Assembly (NCBI GenBank): GCA_946536825.1
Contig: CAMNEX010000001.1
Coordinates: 1-62,118 of the forward strand
DNA length: 62,118 bases
Source of the DNA: an uncultured Selenomonadales bacterium
Lineage (GTDB): Bacteria > Bacillota > Negativicutes > Selenomonadales > Selenomonadaceae
Reading direction: 5' to 3'
Positions within the stretch are counted from its first letter, which is position 1, and each line of letters starts with the position of its first letter. The position numbers were made by a program, and so were the translations under genes. The notes beneath the pieces are model-generated. The model saw only the letters and a list, made by a program, of their open reading frames with translations, did no database searches and was not told the DNA's origin. Below are positions 1-9,013 of this stretch, piece after piece.

Positions 1-1
1 C

Positions 2-2611
2 AAAATCGAAGTCTACGCCGTCACCCGTTCGGACGGCTCCTTCCGTCAGCAATTTTTAGTCGAATTGAGTTCAGGCGGCGCGGCGTTCCCTTCCCTTGAC
101 GAATTCGAGCAGACTGAAACGCAAATTTACGCCGCAGAAGATTCACAGATAAAAATTTTTACATTCGAGGAAATTCCGCCCGATAAGCTAAAAATTTTTA
201 TGCGGAATTGGTTCGTCGAACTTTTGAAATTGCCGTGGCTTAGCCTTTTGGCGGACAAGGGCGACGATACCTTAATAAAATGGCGCGAAAAAAATTTCCT
301 CGACGACGCGCAAGATTTATTGGAGGCGTTCAGCGAGAACGAGGGAATTTTTTCAATGCTGTTGGGCGTGCGCTTCACGGCGGAGGATAAAAAATTTTCT
401 CGGCGCGTGAAAGTTCGCGAGAGAAATCAGCGGCGCATTGTCGACAACGCCATTTCAAATCTTTTCGGCGAAGAGACCGTCAATTACAGCGAAACTATTT
501 CCCGCAACGAAAAAATCGAAGAGGCAACTTTTATCGTTCAGAACGTCGCAAAATTCTTCGACATGCCGACAGATAACATAAGCATTTCGCCCGAACTCAC
601 GCGCAAATATGATCAAATCCGACTCCTGCGCCGCCTTATGCAAAAGGGAAATATGCAAATGCGGCTCGTGACTTTGGTTGAGGATTGGTATAAAAAGGAC
701 AGCGGAATTTTAATCGGCTATTACGGCGAAGAAAAAACTTTGTCGCTTTTCGTGCCGACTTCGCCCGGCAATTATAAACTCGTCACGCGGAAAAATTATA
801 ACGGCATAAAAATTACCGACGAAGTTGCAAAAAAAATCGACGCGAGCGCGTTTGAATGTTACGGCGGCTTTCCTGCGCGGGAATTGAAAATTTTCGACCT
901 GCTAAAATTTATCTTTAAGCAGTGTTGGATTGCCGATTATAAAACCGTTGTATTCGTCGGCTTGTTTTCGGGCTTGATACCGCTTGTCATGCCGATTGTC
1001 ACGGAAACAATTTTTCAAGACATAATCCCGATTTTAGACAGACAAGGCTTGGCGACCGTCACGCAAGTCACAATGGTGACAAGTTTTACAATGGCGTCGC
1101 TGGGAATTGTGCGGACGATCGCGGTCATGAGAATCACGACGCGAATAAACATGGCAACCGAGGCGGCACTTTGGAACAGACTTTTGACTTTGCCGACGAA
1201 ATTTTTTCGCCAATACACCTCCGGCGAACTGGCAAGACGTATGAGCGGCATGAACGTTATCAAAGGTCTTGTCAGCCCCGAATTTATCGGAAGTCTTTTT
1301 GGCTTTGTCTTTTCCTTCTGGTCGATTTTTTTAATGTGCTACTACAGCTTGAAATTGACGGCGGTCGCCATTGCGGTTTGGTTTGTCTATGCGATTATTA
1401 CGGCGTTTATTTATCGGCGCGTCATCGGATTCAATCGCAACTTGATTGCCGCAAACAATAAGGAAGCGGGCATAATTCAACAGATTTTCGCGGGGCTTGC
1501 AAAGTTCAGAGAACACGGCGCGGAAAAACAAGCTTATTATCTTTGGAGCAAAGTTTTCGGCGAAACGTGGAAATGGAATTTGAAATTGCGCTGGCAGGGC
1601 AATTACAATCAGATAATCGGAAGCGTTCAGCCGTTTATTTTGACAATGGCACTTTACTACATTGCGGTTTACGGCATGAACGAAGTCGGCGCGAACGGAC
1701 AAACGGTTCAAGGTATCGGCTACGCGCAGTTTATCGCGTTTCAAGCGGCGTTCACGAGCTTTAACGGAACACTAAACGGAATTATTCCGCTTGTCGGGCA
1801 ATACTTCGCGATTCAGCCGCAGATTGAAAATTTCCGCCCGATATTAAAAGAAGTTCCTGAAAGTGTCGGCGACAAACCGGACGCGGGCGTTTTATCCGGC
1901 GCGATTGAAGTTAGTCATTTGACTTTCGGCTACAATGAAGGTCGGGACGTTTTGCACGACGTGAATTTTAAAATTTCTGCGGGCGAAAACGTCGCAATAG
2001 TCGGGCGTTCGGGTTGCGGCAAGTCGACGCTGGTCAGATTATTACTCGGCTTTGAAACTCCCAAGCGCGGCGCAATTTATTATGACGGACAAGATTTGTC
2101 GGAATTAAATATGCCGAGCGTCCGAACTCAAATGGGCGTGGTTTTGCAAAACGGACAACTCATGCAGGGCGATATTTTCACGAACATAATCGGCACAAAC
2201 GCCTTGACGCAGGAGGACGCGTGGGAGGCGGCTAAAGCGGCGGGAATCGATCTTGATATTATGATGATGCCAATGGGCATGCAAACGGTTATCAGCGAGG
2301 GTAGCAAAAATATTTCGGGCGGACAGCGTCAAAGAATTTTAATCGCCCGCGCTCTGGTGACAAAGCCTTCAATTTTGATTTTCGACGAGGCAACTTCCGC
2401 GCTCGACAATCGCACTCAAGCAATCGTCACGAAGAGTTTGGACAATTTGCACGCAACGCGAATTGTTGTTGCGCACAGACTTTCCACAATCAGAAACTGC
2501 GACAAAATAATTGTCATGGACGCGGGCAGGGTCGTGGAGACGGGCGGTTTTGATGAACTTGTTGCCAAGGGCGGCATTTTCGCAAATTTCGTCAAGCGAC
2601 AAACCGCATAA
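2..2611 (+). CDS. ABC-type exporter, fused permease/ATPase with a long N-terminal extension (5' end lies outside the window)
   Basis: The frame is open from nt 2 (KIEVYAVTRSDGSF...), so the listed TTG at 65 is not the true start. A TM-rich core is followed by an NBD with Walker A GRSGCGKST, signature ISGGQRQR, Walker B ILIFDEATSALD and H-loop VVAHRLST. Confidence 0.85.
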   Translation, partial: KIEVYAVTRSDGSFRQQFLVELSSGGAAFPSLDEFEQTETQIYAAEDSQIKIFTFEEIPPDKLKIFMRNWFVELLKLPWLSLLADKGDDTLIKWREKNFLDDAQDLLEAFSENEGIFSMLLGVRFTAEDKKFSRRVKVRERNQRRIVDNAISNLFGEETVNYSETISRNEKIEEATFIVQNVAKFFDMPTDNISISPELTRKYDQIRLLRRLMQKGNMQMRLVTLVEDWYKKDSGILIGYYGEEKTLSLFVPTSPGNYKLVTRKNYNGIKITDEVAKKIDASAFECYGGFPARELKIFDLLKFIFKQCWIADYKTVVFVGLFSGLIPLVMPIVTETIFQDIIPILDRQGLATVTQVTMVTSFTMASLGIVRTIAVMRITTRINMATEAALWNRLLTLPTKFFRQYTSGELARRMSGMNVIKGLVSPEFIGSLFGFVFSFWSIFLMCYYSLKLTAVAIAVWFVYAIITAFIYRRVIGFNRNLIAANNKEAGIIQQIFAGLAKFREHGAEKQAYYLWSKVFGETWKWNLKLRWQGNYNQIIGSVQPFILTMALYYIAVYGMNEVGANGQTVQGIGYAQFIAFQAAFTSFNGTLNGIIPLVGQYFAIQPQIENFRPILKEVPESVGDKPDAGVLSGAIEVSHLTFGYNEGRDVLHDVNFKISAGENVAIVGRSGCGKSTLVRLLLGFETPKRGAIYYDGQDLSELNMPSVRTQMGVVLQNGQLMQGDIFTNIIGTNALTQEDAWEAAKAAGIDLDIMMMPMGMQTVISEGSKNISGGQRQRILIARALVTKPSILIFDEATSALDNRTQAIVTKSLDNLHATRIVVAHRLSTIRNCDKIIVMDAGRVVETGGFDELVAKGGIFANFVKRQTA

Positions 2612-2620
2612 AAAAAATTA

Positions 2621-2646
2621 TCCCCGAACGTCGGGGATTTTTTTTT
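2621..2646. terminator. Bidirectional rho-independent terminator between convergent genes
   Basis: Hairpin TCCCCGA-acg-TCGGGGA, flanked by an A-run upstream and a T-run downstream. Confidence 0.6.
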
Positions 2647-2661
2647 GCATTTCGGATAAAA

Positions 2662-3747
2662 TCAGGCGTTAGCTTTTTTGAATTGATTCATAAAATCGGC
2701 GAGAGCCTCCGCGCCTTCAAGCGGCATTGCGTTATAAATCGAAGCGCGCATACCGCCAACAGAGCGATGACCTTTCACGCCGCTCAAATTTTTCTCAAGT
2801 GCCTCCGCGACAAATTTTTTCTCTAAATCTTCGTTCGGAAGGCGGAAAGTCACGTTCATAAAGGAGCGCGAATCTTTTTCGGCGTGCCCGCGATAAAAGC
2901 CGTCGGAGCTGTCGATTGCGTCATAAAGGAGTTTCGCCTTAATCGAATTGCGCCGAGCCATTTCCGCTAAGCCGCCGCAATTTTTAATCCACGCGGCAAC
3001 TTTTCCGACAATGTAAATGCTAAAAGCGGGCGGCGTGTTGTACAGCGAATTTTTCTTGTAAAAAGTATCATAGCGCAACATCGTCGGGAGAGTTTCCAAA
3101 CTCTTTTCTATAAAATTTTTCTTAGCAACGACAATCACGACGCCTGCAGGACCTAAATTTTTTTGAACGCCCGCATAAATCAGCGAAAATTTTTTGAAGT
3201 CAACAGGACGGCTAAGCATATCGCTTGACATGTCGGCGAAAAGCGGAACGGAGCCGGTTTCGGGTATGTAATGAAATTCCGTGCCGTAAATTGTGTTGTT
3301 GTAGCAGACGTGCAGATAAGCGGCGTTCGGATTAATTTTCAGTTCGTCTTGACGCGGGACGCGCTTAAAATTTTCGTTCTTGGTCGAGGCGGCAATTTCT
3401 CCGACGCCCAAATTTTCAGCCTCTTTATAAGCATTGGAAGAAAAAGTTCCGCTCAAAACGTAGGAGCCGGGATTTTTTTTCGTCGCGAAGTTCAAAGGAA
3501 GCATTGCGAATTGCAAAGACGCGCCGCCCTGAATAAAAAGAACGTCGTAATCGTCACCGAGCTCCATAAGTTCCAAAATGTCAGCCTTGGCGGCGTTGTG
3601 AACTTTTTCGTAGGGTTTGGAGCGGTGGCTTATTTCGATAATTGACATGCCCGAATTGTCGAAGTTCAAAAACTCCGCTTGAGCCTCCTTTAAAACTTCC
3701 AGCGGCAAAGTTGCGGGTCCGGGATTGAAATTGTAAACTCTCTTCAA
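2662..3747 (-). CDS. serC: Phosphoserine aminotransferase
   Basis: N-terminus MKRVYNFNPGPATLPLEVLKEAQ and full-length class V aminotransferase look. TTG start 6 nt after GGAGGAG. Confidence 0.9.
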   Translation of the reverse strand: MKRVYNFNPGPATLPLEVLKEAQAEFLNFDNSGMSIIEISHRSKPYEKVHNAAKADILELMELGDDYDVLFIQGGASLQFAMLPLNFATKKNPGSYVLSGTFSSNAYKEAENLGVGEIAASTKNENFKRVPRQDELKINPNAAYLHVCYNNTIYGTEFHYIPETGSVPLFADMSSDMLSRPVDFKKFSLIYAGVQKNLGPAGVVIVVAKKNFIEKSLETLPTMLRYDTFYKKNSLYNTPPAFSIYIVGKVAAWIKNCGGLAEMARRNSIKAKLLYDAIDSSDGFYRGHAEKDSRSFMNVTFRLPNEDLEKKFVAEALEKNLSGVKGHRSVGGMRASIYNAMPLEGAEALADFMNQFKKANA

Positions 3748-3905
3748 AATATCTCCTCCAAAAATTTTTCTACATTCTATCAGCCAAAAATTTTTTTGTA
3801 AACGTGTAAGATTTGGTTGCCGGTTTAATTGGTCGCCGACGGCTTGACGGAGCGATTGACGGCAAATATAATTTGAAAAAGTTCACTAACAGATGAGGTA
3901 ATGAC

Positions 3906-4262
3906 ATGGACGAACGCTTTGAGCGAATAAATAATCAACAGCCGACGAATATCGCTCCGCAAAGAAAAGCAGTTGCATTGAGATACGAAGCCGAGCGCGA
4001 TCTCGCGCCCAAAGTCATAGCCAAGGGGCGCGGGCATGTCGCTGAACATATTTTGGAGACCGCGCAAAAAAATTCTGTGCCGGTTTATCAAGACAAAACG
4101 CTTGTCAATATGCTTATGGCTCTGGAAATTGATCGCGAAATTCCGCCGGATCTATACAAGGCAATAGCCGAGGTCATGGCTTATATTTATAAAATGGACA
4201 AGTCGCACGGTCAGGCAAAAGTCGCCCGCGAAATCGAAAATAAACGCATGAGACTTTTCTGA
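3906..4262 (+). CDS. FlhB C-terminal-domain-like protein (EscU/YscU/HrcU family, YlqH-like)
   Basis: 118 aa with KAVALRYEAERDLAPKVIAKGRGHVAEHILETAQKNSVPVYQDKTLVNML, typical of stand-alone FlhB-C homologs. GAGG RBS. Lies directly upstream of flgE. Confidence 0.7.
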   Translation: MDERFERINNQQPTNIAPQRKAVALRYEAERDLAPKVIAKGRGHVAEHILETAQKNSVPVYQDKTLVNMLMALEIDREIPPDLYKAIAEVMAYIYKMDKSHGQAKVAREIENKRMRLF

Positions 4263-4461
4263 AATAAAAATATTTAAGTTGTCGCCGCCAATTTTCGATA
4301 TAGTTAGCGAAGTTAAGCAACAGCTTAGCAAGAAAATTTGAAATAACACGGGTCGGACGCTTAAACCGTCGAACGGAATCTCTGAAGACATGGAACAGTC
4401 GAAAAATCTGAGCGTCGGCAGTCGCAAGACCCGCCGAATTAAAAAAGGAGAAGTGATTTTT

Positions 4462-6300
4462 ATGATGCGTTCCCTGTTTTCCGGAGTTTCCGGATTGAAG
4501 TCTCACCAATCGCGCATGGACGTTATTGGTAACAACATTGCCAACATTAACACAATCGGCTTTAAAGGCAGTCGCACAACTTTTTCCGATATGCTTTCGC
4601 AAATGCAAAGTCCTGCCGCTTCGCCGACAGACACCCGCGGCGGCGTCAACCCCAGACAGGTCGGTTTGGGCGTCAATGTCGCGAGTATCGATTTAATTTT
4701 CAGCGACTCTTCGCCGCAATCTACAGGCAAAAATACCGACCTTTCGCTTTCGGGCAACGGTTTGTTCTATCTTAAAGAAGGAGATCAATCTTATTTTACA
4801 CGCAACGGCGCGTTTTTGTTTGACGAAAGCGGCTATTATGTCATGACGGGCACCGGTCTTCGCGTGCAAGGTTGGAACGCCACCGAGGAAGGCACCATAA
4901 ACAGCAACGGCGCGTCAACGGATATTAACGTTCCCGCCGGCAAAACAATGGATGCTACCGAGACATCTCAAATCTATTACAGCGGCAACCTCGACAAAGA
5001 ATCGAAAATGATTAAATCAATCAGCTACACCGTCGCCACAAGTGACGAGGCGGACGATACCAAGGTTGTAACGAGGGACGGCGACACAATTACCAGCGTA
5101 AACGTTGACGGCGAAAACGTAGTTGCGGCAACGATAACTTTCAGAGATGATACCAAACTCAGCGTTACGGACGGTTATTACGAAGTGGGCAAAAGCGTCC
5201 CGATATCAACGCTTGCGACAATTTACGATTCATTGGGCGGCGTGCATGAAGTTGCATTGCTTATTGATAAAGACCCCGATTCAACGGGCGGAGATGCTAC
5301 GCCAACCGACGCCGAAGCTCTCGCAACAGGCAGACCGATTACCAAGTACACTTACACCGACGGCAACAACGATACCTACGACGTAACGGAAACTGTTACT
5401 TACACCTACACGGATCTTGACGGAAATGAACACACAGTCGGTGCCAACAACCGCAATATAACGCAAGATGACAACGGCAATTACACTTACAACGCCGCCG
5501 ACGGCGAGATCTATGAAGCAACTAGAGTCGTTGCTTACACTTACAAGGACGCCAATGGCGATACTCAAAATCTTGAAGAATCCGATTTAACTACAAATAC
5601 TACCACCGTTTACGACAACCGCTGGAGAGTTTATATCAAACCGGGCGTCGGCGAAGCGGGTCCCGCGAGCGAAGAATTTGCAAACACTTATACGCGCAGC
5701 GAAGCCAACGGCAATCCCGAAATGGACGGCTCCTCGACTGTCGGTACCATGAATATGGTTTCTTATATTTATTTCAATGAGCGCGGTGCGTTTGTCAGCA
5801 ACGGCACTACAGAAAATGCCTCGCTCACTTTTGAATATTCCGACGGCAACGGCGCGGCGTCCAATCAGGCAGTAATAGATTATTCCGGCTTGACACAATA
5901 CGCCAATACAACGACTTCTTTCCCGACAACCAACGGCAATACGGCGGGCACTCTCCAGAGCATTGCGGTTGACAGCAACGGCGTTGTTTCGGGCACCTAC
6001 ACGAATGGTTTAATCCGCAATGAGGCGCAAATTGCCGTTGCACAATTCACCAACTCTTCCGGTTTGACAAAGGTCGGCACAACAGTTTATCAAGAGTCGA
6101 ATAACTCCGGCGCGGCGAATATCAGAACTGTTGCCGATTTCGGATTGACTGTCATTTCTGCCGCGCTTGAAATGTCTAACGTCGATCTCGCAACAGAATT
6201 TTCCGATATGATTGTCACGCAACGCGGCTTCCAAGCCAATTCCAAAATGACGACGGTTTCCGACGAAATGCTTGAGACTCTTATCAATATGAAGAGATAA
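4462..6300 (+). CDS. flgE: Flagellar hook protein FlgE with a long central insertion
   Basis: Conserved rod/hook termini: MMRSLFSGVSGLKSHQSRMDVIGNNIANINTIGFK at the N-terminus and DLATEFSDMIVTQRGFQANSK at the C-terminus. Start moved from 4390 to ATG 4462, behind AAGGAG. Confidence 0.85.
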   Translation: MMRSLFSGVSGLKSHQSRMDVIGNNIANINTIGFKGSRTTFSDMLSQMQSPAASPTDTRGGVNPRQVGLGVNVASIDLIFSDSSPQSTGKNTDLSLSGNGLFYLKEGDQSYFTRNGAFLFDESGYYVMTGTGLRVQGWNATEEGTINSNGASTDINVPAGKTMDATETSQIYYSGNLDKESKMIKSISYTVATSDEADDTKVVTRDGDTITSVNVDGENVVAATITFRDDTKLSVTDGYYEVGKSVPISTLATIYDSLGGVHEVALLIDKDPDSTGGDATPTDAEALATGRPITKYTYTDGNNDTYDVTETVTYTYTDLDGNEHTVGANNRNITQDDNGNYTYNAADGEIYEATRVVAYTYKDANGDTQNLEESDLTTNTTTVYDNRWRVYIKPGVGEAGPASEEFANTYTRSEANGNPEMDGSSTVGTMNMVSYIYFNERGAFVSNGTTENASLTFEYSDGNGAASNQAVIDYSGLTQYANTTTSFPTTNGNTAGTLQSIAVDSNGVVSGTYTNGLIRNEAQIAVAQFTNSSGLTKVGTTVYQESNNSGAANIRTVADFGLTVISAALEMSNVDLATEFSDMIVTQRGFQANSKMTTVSDEMLETLINMKR

Positions 6301-6330
6301 AATTTAGCGGCTTAAAATAAATACAAAAAA

Positions 6331-6362
6331 ACTCCCGCGGTAAAATCGTGGGAGCTTTTTTT
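6331..6362. terminator. Bidirectional terminator between flgE and pckA
   Basis: Hairpin ACTCCCGCGG..CGTGGGAGC with an A-run before and a T-run after. Confidence 0.6.
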
Positions 6363-6384
6363 ATTTCATTTAATAGCTTGTAAA

Positions 6385-8007
6385 TTACTTGTCGAGATGA
6401 GGACCTGCCGCAACAAGGGCTTTTCCCGCCGCGTTGTATTCGTATTTCTTGAAGTTCTTGATAAAGCGGCTCGCTAAATCTTCAGCTCTTCTATCCCATT
6501 CAGTCGGGTCGGCGTAAGTGTCACGCGGGTCGAGAATATTTGTCGCGACGCCTTCAAGCACTGTCGGGACTTCAAGGTCGAAGATAGCAATTTTTTTCGT
6601 CGGAGCATTTTTAATCGCGCCGCCCAAAATCGCGTCGATGATGCCGCGGGTGTCTTTAATCGAAATGCGTTTGCCAGTGCCGTTCCAACCGGTGTTGACA
6701 AGATAAGCCTTCGCGCCGCTCTTTTCCATGCGCTTAACCAATTCTTCGGCATATTTGGTCGGGTGCAATTCAAGGAAGGCTTGTCCGAAGCACGCGCTGA
6801 AAGTCGGAGTTGGCTCGGTTATGCCGCGTTCTGTTCCTGCAAGTTTAGCCGTGAAACCGCTGAGGAAATAATATTTGCACTGTTCGGAAGTGAGAATCGA
6901 AACGGGCGGCAACACGCCGAAAGCGTCCGCGCTAAGGAAGATAACCGATTGCGCCGCGGGACCGTGACTGTCGGGGCGAACGATTTTTTTTATGTGATAA
7001 ATCGGATAGCTGACGCGGGTATTTTCCGTGACGGATTTATCTGCGAAGTCAATCTTGCCGTCCTTGTCGACAGTGACGTTTTCAAGGAGCGCGTCGCGGC
7101 GAATTGCGTTGTAAATATCGGGCTCGCTTTCTTTGTCAAGGTTGATAACTTTCGCGTAGCAACCGCCCTCGAAGTTGAAGACGCCGGTATCGTCCCAGCC
7201 GTGTTCGTCGTCGCCGATAAGCAAGCGTTTCGGGTCGGTCGAGAGAGTTGTTTTGCCCGTGCCGCTAAGTCCGAAGAAAATCGCGGTGTTTTCGCCGTTC
7301 ATGTCGGTATTCGCCGAGCAATGCATTGCGGCAATTCCCTTAAGCGGCAGGAAGTAGTTCATCATGCTGAACAAACCTTTTTTCATTTCGCCGCCGTACC
7401 ACGTGTTCAAAATGACTTGCTCTTTAGTCGTGATATTAAAAACTGTCGCCGTTTCGGAGTTGAGACCAAGTTCTTTCCAGTTGGTGACTTTCGCCTTTGA
7501 CGCGTTGAAAACTACAAAGTCGGGCTCTTGGTCGAATTCTTCCTGACTTTTCGGGCGAATAAACATGTTGGTGACGAAATGCGCTTGCCAGGCGACTTCC
7601 ATGATAAAACGGATTTTCATGCGCGTATCTTTGTGCGTGCCGCAGAAACCGTCGACTACGAAAAGGCGTTTGTTGGAGAGTTCCTTAATCGCCAATTCCT
7701 TAAGTGCCTTCCAACTTTCGACGGAGCATTTTTTATTGTCGTTGGGATATTCAGGAGTTGTCCACCAAATTTCGCCCGGCGCACCTTCTTTGGTCGTGTC
7801 GTCGTAAACAATAAATTTGTCCTTCGGCGAACGTCCCGTATAAATGCCCGTCATGACGTTAATCGCGCCCAATTCCGTCTCAACGCCCACGTCGTAGCCT
7901 TCAAGACCCGGTTTCGTTTCTTCATTGAAAAGGACTTCGTATGTCGGATTGTAAAGGACTTCAGTCGTCCCTGTTATCCCATACTTTGTGAGATCCATCA
8001 TTGGCAT
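6385..8007 (-). CDS. pckA: Phosphoenolpyruvate carboxykinase (ATP)
   Basis: Kinase-1a motif [11 protein letters not shown] and full-length PckA-like sequence. The listed start (8025) is the GGAGG RBS itself, so the start is set at ATG 8007 (MPMMDL...). Confidence 0.9.
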   Translation of the reverse strand: MPMMDLTKYGITGTTEVLYNPTYEVLFNEETKPGLEGYDVGVETELGAINVMTGIYTGRSPKDKFIVYDDTTKEGAPGEIWWTTPEYPNDNKKCSVESWKALKELAIKELSNKRLFVVDGFCGTHKDTRMKIRFIMEVAWQAHFVTNMFIRPKSQEEFDQEPDFVVFNASKAKVTNWKELGLNSETATVFNITTKEQVILNTWYGGEMKKGLFSMMNYFLPLKGIAAMHCSANTDMNGENTAIFFGLSGTGKTTLSTDPKRLLIGDDEHGWDDTGVFNFEGGCYAKVINLDKESEPDIYNAIRRDALLENVTVDKDGKIDFADKSVTENTRVSYPIYHIKKIVRPDSHGPAAQSVIFLSADAFGVLPPVSILTSEQCKYYFLSGFTAKLAGTERGITEPTPTFSACFGQAFLELHPTKYAEELVKRMEKSGAKAYLVNTGWNGTGKRISIKDTRGIIDAILGGAIKNAPTKKIAIFDLEVPTVLEGVATNILDPRDTYADPTEWDRRAEDLASRFIKNFKKYEYNAAGKALVAAGPHLDK

Positions 8008-8194
8008 AATTTTTCTTACCTCCAAAAATATATTTCGTTAATGATAAACTTTTGAGTTGTAAATGTCAATTAAAAAGCCTGCACAGATTTTCCGCCGCCT
8101 GAAATTTTTGTTATAAAGTTCAAAGTCAAGCGTCTTGCTTACGTTTAGTTCATGCTTTATAATAAAAATCAATAGAAATACGGAGGAAAAATGC

Positions 8195-8914
8195 ATGATA
8201 GAAATAAAAGGCTTAAAAAAATCTTTCGACGACCTGCATGTTCTGAAAGGAATAGACCTTAGCATTGACGAAGGCGAAGTTGTCGTAATCATCGGACCGA
8301 GCGGCTCCGGCAAGTCGACGCTTTTGCGCTGCATAAACTTTTTGGAAGAACCTACAAGCGGTTCAATCACGGTAGACGGCATTCCACTTGACAGCGAGGC
8401 AAATATAAATAAAGTGCGCGAAGAAGTCGGCATGGTGTTTCAGCGGTTTAATCTTTTCCCGCATATGACAGTTTTGCAAAATATAACCCTCGCGCCGCTG
8501 AAAGTTCGGAAAATAAAAAAAGCTCAAGCCGAACAAAGAGCGCAGGAGCTTTTGGACAGAGTTGGCTTGGGCGATAAGGCGGACGCCTATCCTAATCAAC
8601 TTTCGGGCGGGCAACAGCAACGAGTTGCGATAGCTCGCGCCTTGGCAATGAATCCAAAAGTAATGCTTTTCGACGAGCCGACAAGCGCACTGGATCCGGA
8701 AATGGTCGGCGAAGTTCTCGACGTTATGCAACGCTTAGCCGAAAGCGGCATGACAATGATAATCGTGACACACGAAATGGGCTTTGCGCGGGAGGTCGGG
8801 ACGCGGTTAATATTCGTGGACGGCGGCTACATCGTCGAACAGGGCAAACCTAAGGAAGTTTTTGAGAATCCCAAAGAAGAACGATTAAAATTATTTTTAT
8901 CAAAGATATTGTGA
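8195..8914 (+). CDS. Polar amino-acid ABC transporter ATP-binding protein (GlnQ-like), orphan
   Basis: [11 protein letters not shown]..., Walker [39 protein letters not shown] 8195 lies 8 nt after GGAGG. No permease or binding-protein gene is adjacent. Confidence 0.85.
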   Translation: MIEIKGLKKSFDDLHVLKGIDLSIDEGEVVVIIGPSGSGKSTLLRCINFLEEPTSGSITVDGIPLDSEANINKVREEVGMVFQRFNLFPHMTVLQNITLAPLKVRKIKKAQAEQRAQELLDRVGLGDKADAYPNQLSGGQQQRVAIARALAMNPKVMLFDEPTSALDPEMVGEVLDVMQRLAESGMTMIIVTHEMGFAREVGTRLIFVDGGYIVEQGKPKEVFENPKEERLKLFLSKIL

Positions 8915-8927
8915 CGGCGCGTCGCGT

Positions 8928-8956
8928 GAGGTTGAGGAAAGCAACCTCTTTTTTTT
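8928..8956 (+). terminator. Rho-independent terminator after the ABC ATPase gene
   Basis: GAGGTTG-aggaaag-CAACCTC followed by T8. Confidence 0.6.
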
Positions 8957-8970
8957 GTCAAGGGAAAATC

Positions 8971-8979
8971 TGATATAAT
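8971..8979 (+). promoter_or_regulatory. Extended -10 promoter (TGaTATAAT) for the 9014 gene
   Basis: TG at 8971-8972 and TATAAT at 8974-8979, about 35 nt upstream of ATG 9014. The listed ATG 8978 overlaps this box. Confidence 0.4.
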
Positions 8980-9013
8980 GGGGCGCGAAAAATTTTTTGG
9001 AAGGAGATTTTCA

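Noticed and set aside
8978-9013. The listed ATG 8978 as the start of the giant ATPase gene.
   Set aside because: That ATG overlaps the TATAAT box of the predicted promoter and has no RBS. ATG 9014 lies 7-8 nt after GGAAGGAG.
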